Positions 8,959 to 17,342 of a stretch of 64,000 nt of DNA are shown in pieces. Location: assembly GCA_026705025.1 (NCBI GenBank), contig JAPPBN010000046.1, positions 74,060 to 138,059 on the forward strand, in the 5' to 3' direction. A model generated the notes under the pieces. That model worked only from the letters and a program-made list of their open reading frames with translations, was not told the DNA's origin and did not search any database. The DNA comes from Chloroflexota bacterium (GTDB lineage Bacteria > Chloroflexota > Dehalococcoidia > Bin125). A program made the translations under genes and the position numbers. Positions within the stretch are counted from its first letter, which is position 1, and each line of letters begins with the position of its first letter.

Positions 8959-9444
8959 ATGACTCAAGAGACCCCTGAACGGAACATGCCGCCGGTGGCG
9001 CCGGCCCTGGAGGGCGACCCCGTCCCTCCGCCCGAGGACTCCCGCTTCGTGATCAAGCCGATCTCCGAGACAGAGGTCAGTGTGGGCCGGAACATTCACT
9101 CGCGGCGGATGTTCACGACGGCGGAGGGGCGGTTTGAGAGCTCCTTCCAGTTTGTGCTCTACAACGTGCTGCCGGTGGGCGAGACGAACGTGCGGCACAT
9201 TCATGAGGACATCGAGAAGGTCTACTACTTCCTCAAGGGCAATGCCGAGATCGACTGCGGGCCCTGGCGGACGACGGCGACGGCGGGCGACTTCCTCTTC
9301 TTCCCGGCCGACATCGCCCACCAGATTTACAGCCAGGGGCCCGAGGATCTGGAGTTCATCGTCTGCGCGGCGCAGACGGCGGGCGAGGCGCGGGGCATGT
9401 CCGACGGCGGCCTGCTGGAATCCAGCGACGGGGATGACGACTGA
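8959..9444 (+). CDS. Cupin domain protein
   Basis: 161 aa; conserved-barrel motifs (HIHEDIEKVYYFLKG ... GDFLFFPADIAHQ). Confidence 0.6.
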   Translation: MTQETPERNMPPVAPALEGDPVPPPEDSRFVIKPISETEVSVGRNIHSRRMFTTAEGRFESSFQFVLYNVLPVGETNVRHIHEDIEKVYYFLKGNAEIDCGPWRTTATAGDFLFFPADIAHQIYSQGPEDLEFIVCAAQTAGEARGMSDGGLLESSDGDDD

Positions 9445-10496
9445 TGGCCGACCAGGATGCGACCGAGGTCGCCCCGCTTGAGCCGCTGAGGGTGTTCGGC
9501 AAGTCGGTCTACGAGGCCTGCGGCGTTCCATCAGAAGACGCGGCCTTCACGGTCGAGATTCAACTGACCGCCGACCTGCGCGGGGTCGACACGCATGGGT
9601 TCCAGCGGCTTGGCTGGTACGCAGGCCATCTGCAGGCGGGCCGCTATAACCCGACGCCGAGCCTTGAGGTGCTGAAAGAGACGCCGGTTTCGCACGTGGT
9701 TGACGGCGACGGCGGGATTGGGCAGCTGATCGTGGCTCGGACGATGGAGCGCACGATCGCCAAGGCGAAGCAGACCGGCCTGGCGCTGGGCACGCTGCGC
9801 AACAGCAACGACTGGGGGATGGGCGCGTTCTATCCGATGATGGCGGCGGCCGAGGGCTTCGTCTCGTTCTGCACGACGACGAGCGTCCCGAACATCGCGC
9901 CGTTCGGCTCTCGGACCCGGATTTCGGGCAACAATCCGATGGCCTTCGCCGCGCCACGGGCGGCGGGTCCGCCGGTCGTGCTCGATATGGCGCTGACGCC
10001 GGTCGCGCTGGGCAAGGTCATGCGGGCCAGAGCCGAGGGCCGCGAGATTCCTGAGGAATGGGGCTTCCTCGACATCGAGGGATTGCCGACGACCGATCCG
10101 GAGACTGCGCTGTCGGGCATCATCCCGGCGCTGGGCGCGGTCGCGGCCTACAAGGGCTCGGGCCTAAGCATGTTCATGAACCTGCTCGCCGGCGCGCTGC
10201 CGGGCGGATACCACTCGAAAGACGTGAACATCGGCAAGCGGGGACAGTTCCTGCTCGTGATCGACCCTGAGATCTTCGGAGACGCCGGCGAGTTCGCCGA
10301 GAAGGTGGACTCGATGGTCGAACAGATCAAGTCGGCCGATCCGCTGCCGGACGTCGGTGAGGTCTTCGCTCCGGGCGAGATCGAGCAGCGCGCCTATGAG
10401 GAGCGGATTGCGGCCGGGCACGTCGTCTATCCCGCCTCGACGTTGCAGGAACTGCGGGAGTTGTCGGCGGAGATGGGGATCCCGTTGGAGATCTGA
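9444..10496 (+). CDS. Ldh family oxidoreductase (malate/L-lactate dehydrogenase type 2, Ldh_2)
   Basis: GVDTHG and NPMAFAAP motifs match the Ldh_2 family. The ATG overlaps the stop of the cupin gene. Confidence 0.7.
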   Translation: MADQDATEVAPLEPLRVFGKSVYEACGVPSEDAAFTVEIQLTADLRGVDTHGFQRLGWYAGHLQAGRYNPTPSLEVLKETPVSHVVDGDGGIGQLIVARTMERTIAKAKQTGLALGTLRNSNDWGMGAFYPMMAAAEGFVSFCTTTSVPNIAPFGSRTRISGNNPMAFAAPRAAGPPVVLDMALTPVALGKVMRARAEGREIPEEWGFLDIEGLPTTDPETALSGIIPALGAVAAYKGSGLSMFMNLLAGALPGGYHSKDVNIGKRGQFLLVIDPEIFGDAGEFAEKVDSMVEQIKSADPLPDVGEVFAPGEIEQRAYEERIAAGHVVYPASTLQELRELSAEMGIPLEI

Positions 10497-10626
10497 TCGA
10501 GCGTCGCTGCATTGTGGTTTACGGAGTGTCGATCGGCGTCGCCACGGCGCTGGCGCCGGGCTTGGCGATCGCTGGCGAGCTCCAGAATGGGGTGCGGAGT
10601 GGGTGACGGGCGAAATTGGGTCAATT

Positions 10627-10770
10627 TTGGACAATTTCCAGTGCTCAGCGGCAGTTGATGTGTGTTGGAGTCCAGATTTGTCCAGATCAGTCCAGATTCG
10701 TCCAGATGAGTCCGGGTTTTGTGAGGGTGAGTCCGGCGTGTTCCGGAAGAGTCCGGGAGTGTCTGGATGG
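10627..10770. repeat. Helically phased direct repeats: 4 x GTCCAGAT at 10-bp spacing, then 3 x GAGTCCGG at ~20-bp spacing, preceded by an inverted TTGGACAA
   Basis: Read directly: gtccagat at 10670, 10680, 10690 and 10700; gtccggg at 10710, 10731 and 10751. The array is intergenic between the Ldh_2 gene and the 11216 ORF. Confidence 0.65.
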
Positions 10771-11215
10771 GGAACCGGCTGTCGGTGAGGCATGCCGCCG
10801 CTCGTTGGAAGTGATAAGCTCAAATGTTCGCATTGTATTCGGAATCGGGCCAATGGACCCGAGGACCGGAGATCATCGGGGTTGACCGGTGGGTAGAGGC
10901 GGCGAGCGGATCCCGGCGTGAAGCGGAGACGGGCCGATCGCTCACTGAAGACGTCCTCGCCGTCCTCCACGCGACGCCTGCGGCATCCGCTTAGCGGCAC
11001 TCTTCCCATAGGCGGTAGGGGAGTTCTCCGGTGTCTGCGCTGGCGCAGTTGCGGGAGCCGTCGTCGCAGATGGGGACTCCGCCAGACCCCGGACGATCGT
11101 TCGCCCTGCCCGGGCAACGGTGCCGTTGAACATGTCACAACTCTCCGGGAATCGGCGTACATTGAAATCAGGCAGGCGCTTGTTTCGGGAGTGGCCCGGG
11201 CTCGGAGGTATCGAC

Positions 11216-11899
11216 ATGACCTGGGAATCTGAAGCGCAAGCGCTGGAATTGAGCCGGTCCTTCCGCGCCCTTGACGAACGGGGTCGCGGGAACAACGCGA
11301 TCAAGGATCAGGTGACGTCTCGCATGCGGGACATCGAGATCAAACCAGCAACATTCCGCGAGCAGATATCGTACCTGGTCCGCCGCTCGAGGTTGCACCC
11401 GAGTGATCCGCTTTATCGGCTGATGATGCGTGTGTCGGTGGCGGGCGACAAGGCACTCAGGCGCGCGAGGAACATCTGGGACGAGTTGGAGCGGGGACGT
11501 GGCAAGATTAAGGTCGAACGCGGTCTTCATCGCAGTGAACACCTGTACCGAATCGAGAGCGGCGTCGCCACTGCAGATTGGACGCCGATCCAACCGCTGA
11601 CAGAGCTATTCACCGACCACGACAAGCTCAAGGACCTGACCGGCGATTGGATTTTCGAACACGACCGCCTGGATGTCGCGCTGAGGAAGGAACAGAACGA
11701 ATTGAGTCAGCGGCTCCGAGATGCGGTGAGCATGGACGATGAGGTCTTCCGATTGGCCACGGAGTTGCAACTCTGGATTCAGGAGTTCCAACGGTGGTTG
11801 GATGCGGCTGAACGGTTCTACATGAATCGCGTGTATCGACTCGACGGTGATTACAAGGTGAACATGCACGCTCTCGAAGACAGCCAACCGTTGTTCTAG
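11216..11899 (+). CDS. Hypothetical protein (no recognisable domain)
   Basis: ATG 11216 with GGAGG 5 nt upstream; codon usage looks lower in GC than neighbouring genes; no motif recognised. Confidence 0.45.
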   Translation: MTWESEAQALELSRSFRALDERGRGNNAIKDQVTSRMRDIEIKPATFREQISYLVRRSRLHPSDPLYRLMMRVSVAGDKALRRARNIWDELERGRGKIKVERGLHRSEHLYRIESGVATADWTPIQPLTELFTDHDKLKDLTGDWIFEHDRLDVALRKEQNELSQRLRDAVSMDDEVFRLATELQLWIQEFQRWLDAAERFYMNRVYRLDGDYKVNMHALEDSQPLF

Positions 11900-12934
11900 T
11901 CACTGTTCGCAGACGAGTCCGTCGCCGTCTCCATCTCGAGCTGAGGGCACCGTTTGTCTGGGGAACCCCTGGCCGGTTCCCTTCGAGCCCTGCTGTCGTT
12001 CAACGCCCGCTGCCTCGGCCTCGTCGCAGGAGGCGTAGGGACCAGATGGCTGCTCTGCGGCGTCCGGGCGCTGTTGATCGTTCTGCTCGCGCTGGACGTG
12101 GATCACGGTCGGCTGTCGCTCCGGGTACTCGGCCCGGCGCTGGTAGCTGGCGGGGCAGGTCTGGAGCATGTCACGTAGAGCGACGACCTCTTGCCGGTCG
12201 GCGGTGAGCGACCACTTGACCTTGACGGCGATCCAGTCGTGCGCGTACTGGCACCAGGCGCTCCTGAGCGGAGGCTTCCAGTCGGCGGGATCGTCAGCTC
12301 GCTTGGTTCGGTTGCTTGAGGCTGAGACTGCCGTGAGCGCTGCGGGGAGATCGAGGTCGTTGGCGAAGGCCGACTTGCGCTCGGCCGGCCAGGCGGCGGC
12401 ACCGGAGTCGTGCGCTTCAGCGAGCGGGACCATGTGGTCGATGTCCAGTAGTGAAGGGTCGTCGAACGGATCGTCGTCGTACCAGGAATGCCAGAGGCCG
12501 TCCAACGGACGACAGTCCTGGTTGACCTCAGTGATGGTGATTGCTTCGGCGATCAGCACGAGTTCGCGGACGTTACAGGCCGGTCGATCGGTCTCCAGCC
12601 ATCCGTCGGGCATGTACAGCTCGCGGTCGTAGTTGATCCCTGAATCCGATTCAGGAGCCACCGTGAGCTGGGCGAGCAACGCTTCGTACCGATCCTGTGG
12701 CTCCTGTCGTGGCTCCGATTGAGGTTGGGCGTCAGGTTGCTCCGGAACGGTCTGCTGGACGGGCTGCGCTTCGCCTACGCCCTGCTGCGGCTCGGGCGCG
12801 GCTGTCTGGCCAGCGGACTGATCGGACTGACTCTGCGGTTCGATCGCGCAGGCCGACAGCGCGAGGCCGGTGAGCAGGAAGCAGACGGCGAGCGCACGGA
12901 CGATTCGGAGCCTCATGGTGTTCTTCAGCAGCAT
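11900..12934 (-). CDS. Secreted lipoprotein with DUF1524 (HNH/GmrSD-C-like nuclease) domain and C-terminal Excalibur calcium-binding domain
   Basis: Signal peptide plus lipobox (LTGLALSAC). [16 protein letters not shown]...W...NDLDLPAA...NRTK matches the DUF1524 His-Me finger. C-terminal CDEAEAAGV...[10 protein letters not shown] is an Excalibur motif. Confidence 0.65.
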   Translation of the reverse strand: MLLKNTMRLRIVRALAVCFLLTGLALSACAIEPQSQSDQSAGQTAAPEPQQGVGEAQPVQQTVPEQPDAQPQSEPRQEPQDRYEALLAQLTVAPESDSGINYDRELYMPDGWLETDRPACNVRELVLIAEAITITEVNQDCRPLDGLWHSWYDDDPFDDPSLLDIDHMVPLAEAHDSGAAAWPAERKSAFANDLDLPAALTAVSASSNRTKRADDPADWKPPLRSAWCQYAHDWIAVKVKWSLTADRQEVVALRDMLQTCPASYQRRAEYPERQPTVIHVQREQNDQQRPDAAEQPSGPYASCDEAEAAGVERQQGSKGTGQGFPRQTVPSARDGDGDGLVCEQ

Positions 12935-13019
12935 GCCTCGGGTTTGGGAAGACGAACCATAGCAGCGAGCGGACGTCGTATCCCTCTATCCTGATTCGGA
13001 AGCCGAGAGGACGAGTGTC

Positions 13020-14156
13020 ATGGTCAGCGAGATTGTCTACTCCTGCGATTCCCACGTGGTTGAGGGTCCGGAGGTCTTTGACGGATTGGTAGAAAAATTC
13101 GGCGATCGCGCGCCGCGCGTGGTCGACGGCTGGAAGGGCCGCCAGGGGGTGTACCTGGCCTGGCCGCAGATTGACTTCGCCATGCTGGTCGGTCGCCTGG
13201 GGATCGCCGGGGCGAACCTGAACCTGCCCGAAACCAAGGAGAAGATGCAACGCGGCTGGGACCTAATCAATCCCGGGGTCAAGGATCCGGTTGCTCGGCT
13301 GACGGAGCAGGACACCGACGGCGTGGTCGGCGAGGTGATGTATCCGTCGATCAACATGCTGACCTACATGGTCGATGACGTGGAGGTGGTGAACGCCGTC
13401 TTCCAGCGTCACAACGACTGGATCCGCGACTACTGCTCGCACAGCCCCGAGCGGCTGATCGGCGTCGGTTGTCTGACGCTGCGCGACGTTGAGGTCGGGA
13501 TCGCCGAGCTTGAGCGCTGCGCCAACATGGGGATCAAGGGCGTGGCGATTCCCTGTACCGCGCCCAAGGACAAGCCGTACTCGGACGCCTACTACGAGCC
13601 GTTCTGGACGGCGGCCGAGGAAGCCGGACTGCCGCTGACGATGCACATTTTCTGCGGCGCGGAGCCGGGGATGGGATTGCCCAAGGAGTGGGACGAGGTC
13701 GTGAGCTACACGCTGGCGCATTCGGCCGCCTGGAACACGATCTCCAACCTCGTTACCTCAGGGGTTTGCGAGCGGCACCCAGGTCTGAAGTTCGTGATGG
13801 CCGAGTGGGAGACGGGCTGGATCGCGCACACGCTGGAGCGCTGGGACCACGCCTACTACCGCGCCCGCGCGGTCGACCGGACGCCCGAGTTGGAGATGCT
13901 GCCTTCGGAATACTTCCACCGCAACTTCATGGTCACGTTTGAGGACGACGAGATCGGCGTGCAAACGCGCGACCGCATTGGCGTGGACAACCTGCTCTGG
14001 GGCAACGACTATCCGCATCACGACGCGATCTGGCCGAACTCGCGCCGGATCCTGGACGAGATCATGGAAGGCGTCCCGCAAGAGGACGTCGACAAGATGG
14101 TCTGGGGCAACGTGCAGAAGTTGTACAACATCGACGTGAAGGCGCTGCCCGTGTAG
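13020..14156 (+). CDS. Amidohydrolase-2 family protein (ACMSD-like metal-dependent hydrolase)
   Basis: SCDSHV N-terminal metal ligands and WGNDYPHHD near the C-terminus are typical of PF04909. Confidence 0.75.
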   Translation: MVSEIVYSCDSHVVEGPEVFDGLVEKFGDRAPRVVDGWKGRQGVYLAWPQIDFAMLVGRLGIAGANLNLPETKEKMQRGWDLINPGVKDPVARLTEQDTDGVVGEVMYPSINMLTYMVDDVEVVNAVFQRHNDWIRDYCSHSPERLIGVGCLTLRDVEVGIAELERCANMGIKGVAIPCTAPKDKPYSDAYYEPFWTAAEEAGLPLTMHIFCGAEPGMGLPKEWDEVVSYTLAHSAAWNTISNLVTSGVCERHPGLKFVMAEWETGWIAHTLERWDHAYYRARAVDRTPELEMLPSEYFHRNFMVTFEDDEIGVQTRDRIGVDNLLWGNDYPHHDAIWPNSRRILDEIMEGVPQEDVDKMVWGNVQKLYNIDVKALPV

Positions 14157-14166
14157 GGACATGCTC

Positions 14167-14197
14167 TTGTTATCGGATTGACAGTATCCGATAACAA
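14167..14197. promoter_or_regulatory. Perfect 12-bp inverted repeat TTGTTATCGGAT-N7-ATCCGATAACAA (operator-like / hairpin)
   Basis: Read directly. It lies 11 nt after the stop of the 13020..14156 gene and 100 nt upstream of the Fic gene at 14300. Confidence 0.5.
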
Positions 14198-14237
14198 ACT
14201 GACAGTTGGGCCAATTCGAGCTCTCTCCGACTTTCGA

Positions 14238-14280
14238 ATCGGATTACTATCGGATCAAGAGTTTCCGATAGTAATCCGAT
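14238..14280. promoter_or_regulatory. Perfect 17-bp inverted repeat ATCGGATTACTATCGGA-N9-TCCGATAGTAATCCGAT (operator-like), shares ATCGGA core with the 14167 palindrome
   Basis: Read directly; it lies 20 nt upstream of the Fic start at 14300. Confidence 0.55.
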
Positions 14281-14299
14281 AGCTCGTTTCGAGGGAACA

Positions 14300-15637
14300 A
14301 TGGCACTTCCGGATGTCGCTCCGCCGTTCAGCGCTTTGCAGGTCGACTTCGAGGTGCTCAGTTTCGAGGAACGGGCCCAGTTTCAGGGGACGCTCACCCC
14401 GGTCGACGCACAGGGTCGCTACCTACCGTGGGACGAAGTCCGCTATCGAAAGGCGCCGAACGGGCTGACGCGCCGGCAATGGTGGCTGAGCCTGGCGACC
14501 GCCCGCCGAGCAGCCCGGAACGAACTGCCCCTACTTGGACGCGGTGGCCAAGCCTTCTGGTTCTGCGAAACCGGCCCGCTTCCCGGATTCCTCAAGCGTT
14601 GGGATGCGGCGGTCTCTTCGCATAACGTCCATCGCGATCTGGGCCTACAGGATGCCGAGCGGAACCAGCTTCGGGTTAGTTCGCAGATGTATGAGTCGAT
14701 TCAATCCAGTCGCCTTGAGGGAGCGAACACGACACGAGAGGTCGCACTGGAGATGCTGAGGGACGGACGACGCCCGCGGGACTACGGCGAGCGCATGATC
14801 GCCAACAACTATGCCGCGATGGAGTTGATCAGCAAATGGACAACTGAACAGGAACCGTTCGACATCGATCACATCCTCGAGGTCCACCGTGTCGTGACCG
14901 ACGGCACCCTTCGAGCCGACGATGTTGGGCGCTTGCAGAATCCAGGGGACCCGCGCGTGTATGTGGTCAGCCGCGGTGGGGAGATCGTCCATACGCCGCC
15001 TCCGGCTTCCGAATTGCCGGAGCGGATGCAGCGGCTCTGCGACTTCGAGAATCAACTGCCTGAGGCAAGCGACCTGCACCACCTGCTGAAGGCGATTCTT
15101 GTGCATTTCATGATCGGCTACGACCATCCGTTTGCCGACGGCAACGGACGTACCGCTCGTGCGCTGTTCTACTGGTCGCTGCTTCGTTCTGGAATCTGGC
15201 TTTCCCAATACCTGCCGATTTCGGAGTTCCTCCTCGCGGCGCCGGGGCAATACTCGCGGGCGTACCAATTCGTTCATGCCGACGGCAACGACGTGACTCA
15301 CTTCTTGCTGCACCAGCTTGATGTCGTCGAGCGATCAGTTGAACGGCTCGACAGCCACGTGCGAGGCATCCGCTCCTGGATGGAGGACGCGAGAGAGGCC
15401 ACTGGCCTTGAGTCGGGACTGAACCAGCGCCAATCCGACCTGCTGGCGGAACTGCTGAACGATCCGACGCGATACATCACTATCGCCCGCTACCGGCGGA
15501 CGAATGATGTGAGCTATGCCGTCTCTCACGGAGATCTGGCCGATTTGGTGAAACGAGGGCTGTTAGAACGGGAGCGGGTCGGCAGACGGCTTCAGTTTCG
15601 AGCCGCGCCGGGCTTCCAGGAGAGATTGGGCGGGTAG
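14300..15637 (+). CDS. Fic family protein (class II: SSRLEG inhibitory motif, FIC motif HPFADGNGRTAR, C-terminal wHTH)
   Basis: Canonical FIC motif with an upstream SxxxEG motif; ~150-aa N-terminal extension; C-terminal RYRRTNDVSYAVSHGDLADLVKRGLL resembles a winged helix. Confidence 0.8.
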   Translation: MALPDVAPPFSALQVDFEVLSFEERAQFQGTLTPVDAQGRYLPWDEVRYRKAPNGLTRRQWWLSLATARRAARNELPLLGRGGQAFWFCETGPLPGFLKRWDAAVSSHNVHRDLGLQDAERNQLRVSSQMYESIQSSRLEGANTTREVALEMLRDGRRPRDYGERMIANNYAAMELISKWTTEQEPFDIDHILEVHRVVTDGTLRADDVGRLQNPGDPRVYVVSRGGEIVHTPPPASELPERMQRLCDFENQLPEASDLHHLLKAILVHFMIGYDHPFADGNGRTARALFYWSLLRSGIWLSQYLPISEFLLAAPGQYSRAYQFVHADGNDVTHFLLHQLDVVERSVERLDSHVRGIRSWMEDAREATGLESGLNQRQSDLLAELLNDPTRYITIARYRRTNDVSYAVSHGDLADLVKRGLLERERVGRRLQFRAAPGFQERLGG

Positions 15638-15661
15638 TCTGCAGGGGTACAGGAGTGAGCG

Positions 15662-16576
15662 ATGGCGTCGCGTCGTGAGCAAGCTGGACTACCCAAAGGC
15701 GCCGAAATGCGTGCGCTGGTGCTCGACTGCCTCAGACACATGGTTAATCCTGTGAATCGGAAGCAGATCGGCGACGCGGTTGCGCAACGGCTCGGTTTGT
15801 CACCAGAGCAACTGGCGGTGCGAGAACCTGCGAGCGGAGGCGGCGATAGCTCTCGTCCATTCGTTGATTGGTGGTGCGAGTGGGCGTGTAACGACCTCAA
15901 GCACATTGGTGTCACGGAACAACCCGGGCGTGGCCTGTATCAGCTGACCCAAGAGGGCAGGGCTATCTCGCTCAATGACGTTGAGCAGCGGAATCGCGAA
16001 CGCCATCGACGCTATCGAGAACAACGCCAACGGACCCGCCGAGCCAAAGTCCAGGAACCGAGCGACGCGATAGACAGCGACGACTCAGAAGTCGCAGGTG
16101 ATTGGCAAAGCCAACTTCTCGACCGGCTCATGAACGCTTCGCCTACAGCGTTCGAACATCTTGCCGGCGCCCTGCTGCAAGCAGCGGGTTTCGACGACGT
16201 AGAAGTTACGGGTCGGGGTGGCGATGGTGGAATTGACGGCATTGGAACGTACCGACCCTCAGGCTTGATTTCGTTTCACACAGCGTTTCAGTGCAAGCGA
16301 TACAAAGGGTCCGTGGGGTCGTCCACAGTCCGAGACTTCCGAGGATCGTTCATCGGGCGCTCAGACCGCGGAATCATCATTACAACGGGATCCTTCACGC
16401 GTGACGCTAGGGACGAAGCTGCCAGACCGGGCGCAAATCCCGTTGACCTGATTGATGGCGAAGCGCTCTGCGAACTGCTCAAGGAGCATTCCTTGGGTGT
16501 TCGCACGACGCTACGAACTGTTGAAGATGTCGCCATTGACGACTCCTACTTCGACCAATTCGAGGACTCCCGATGA
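15662..16576 (+). CDS. mrr: Mrr-like restriction system protein (Mrr_N winged helix + Mrr_cat nuclease domain)
   Basis: The N-terminus matches the E. coli Mrr N-terminal domain (LxxL...PxxRKQIxDAV...LGLS); the core has TGRGGDGGIDGIG...FQCKRY (PD-(D/E)xK Mrr_cat). An alternative start is at 15707. Confidence 0.75.
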   Translation: MASRREQAGLPKGAEMRALVLDCLRHMVNPVNRKQIGDAVAQRLGLSPEQLAVREPASGGGDSSRPFVDWWCEWACNDLKHIGVTEQPGRGLYQLTQEGRAISLNDVEQRNRERHRRYREQRQRTRRAKVQEPSDAIDSDDSEVAGDWQSQLLDRLMNASPTAFEHLAGALLQAAGFDDVEVTGRGGDGGIDGIGTYRPSGLISFHTAFQCKRYKGSVGSSTVRDFRGSFIGRSDRGIIITTGSFTRDARDEAARPGANPVDLIDGEALCELLKEHSLGVRTTLRTVEDVAIDDSYFDQFEDSR

Positions 16577-17340
16577 GCAACATGCGATCTGTCCTGGTTG
16601 ATGTTCTGGTTGCGTTGCTGATCATGATCTTTGGCGGGATCATCTTTGCCCGGCTTGCGGGGGTGGAGGAGGGGGAGACGGCTCCGGATTGGGCTCAGTT
16701 TGCTCCGCTGGTTCTGGCGATGATTTATCTGGGCTGGCGGACGCTTCGGCGCAGCCGACAGCGGCGCGAAGCCGAAGCCCGGATGGAGGAATCCGCCCCG
16801 GAGCGCGATGGTTGGGGCGATGAGGGCCGCGCGGACGTTCCGCCGATGGACGACTACGAGTGGCGTTCGCGGTTGGAGTCTTCGATACGCAACCTGGGGC
16901 GCGACGCATTTGAGCAGTTCACGATTCGGATCCTCAGCGCGCTGGCGGTGGTGGACGTCAAGGTCGAACGGATTGCCTTCGACGGGGCCGTCGAGAGTCT
17001 TGGCGTCCATGACGACGAGGAGCGGGCGAGCGTATACGCCATCTTCCGCCGCTCGTTTGGCTCGCTGGGAGCGAATCAGATTCGGGATCTTCGGGCGTCG
17101 ATGGAGGGCAAGGCGGCTGAGGGTCTGTTCGTCTCGAATGGCGAGTTTTCTTCGTCGGCCATCGACGAAGCGGACGGTGGGGAACCACCGATTGAGCTGG
17201 TCGACGGGGACGACTTGCTGGACCTGATGTACACGAATCGGCTGGGCTTGATTTTCGACGAGATCGGACGCGTCACAGGAGTCGACGATGAGTGGTTCCG
17301 CGGTCTCGCCCGCGACGAACGAGTCCGGGACGGAGACTGA
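16573..17340 (+). CDS. Membrane-anchored restriction-endonuclease-domain (Mrr_cat-like) protein
   Basis: Two N-terminal TM helices, then a region resembling the PF04471 restriction endonuclease fold (AIFRR...LFVSNGEFSSSAIDEA...IELVDGDDLLDLM). The start overlaps the mrr stop by 4 nt. Confidence 0.5.
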   Translation: MSNMRSVLVDVLVALLIMIFGGIIFARLAGVEEGETAPDWAQFAPLVLAMIYLGWRTLRRSRQRREAEARMEESAPERDGWGDEGRADVPPMDDYEWRSRLESSIRNLGRDAFEQFTIRILSALAVVDVKVERIAFDGAVESLGVHDDEERASVYAIFRRSFGSLGANQIRDLRASMEGKAAEGLFVSNGEFSSSAIDEADGGEPPIELVDGDDLLDLMYTNRLGLIFDEIGRVTGVDDEWFRGLARDERVRDGD

Positions 17341-17342
17341 GG

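Noticed and set aside
10670-10707. oriC / DnaA-box cluster
   Set aside because: TTGTCCAGA differs from the DnaA box TTATCCACA at two positions, including the critical C8. No dnaA/dnaN or AT-rich unwinding element was seen, and a second copy lies inside recG. This is left as an unassigned phased-repeat element.
10164-11162. 332-aa minus-strand ORF spanning the 10.5-11.1 kb gap
   Set aside because: It is an Arg/Pro/Ser-rich translation typical of an out-of-frame or non-coding reading of high-GC DNA, with no domain, and it runs across the phased repeat array. Treated as non-coding.
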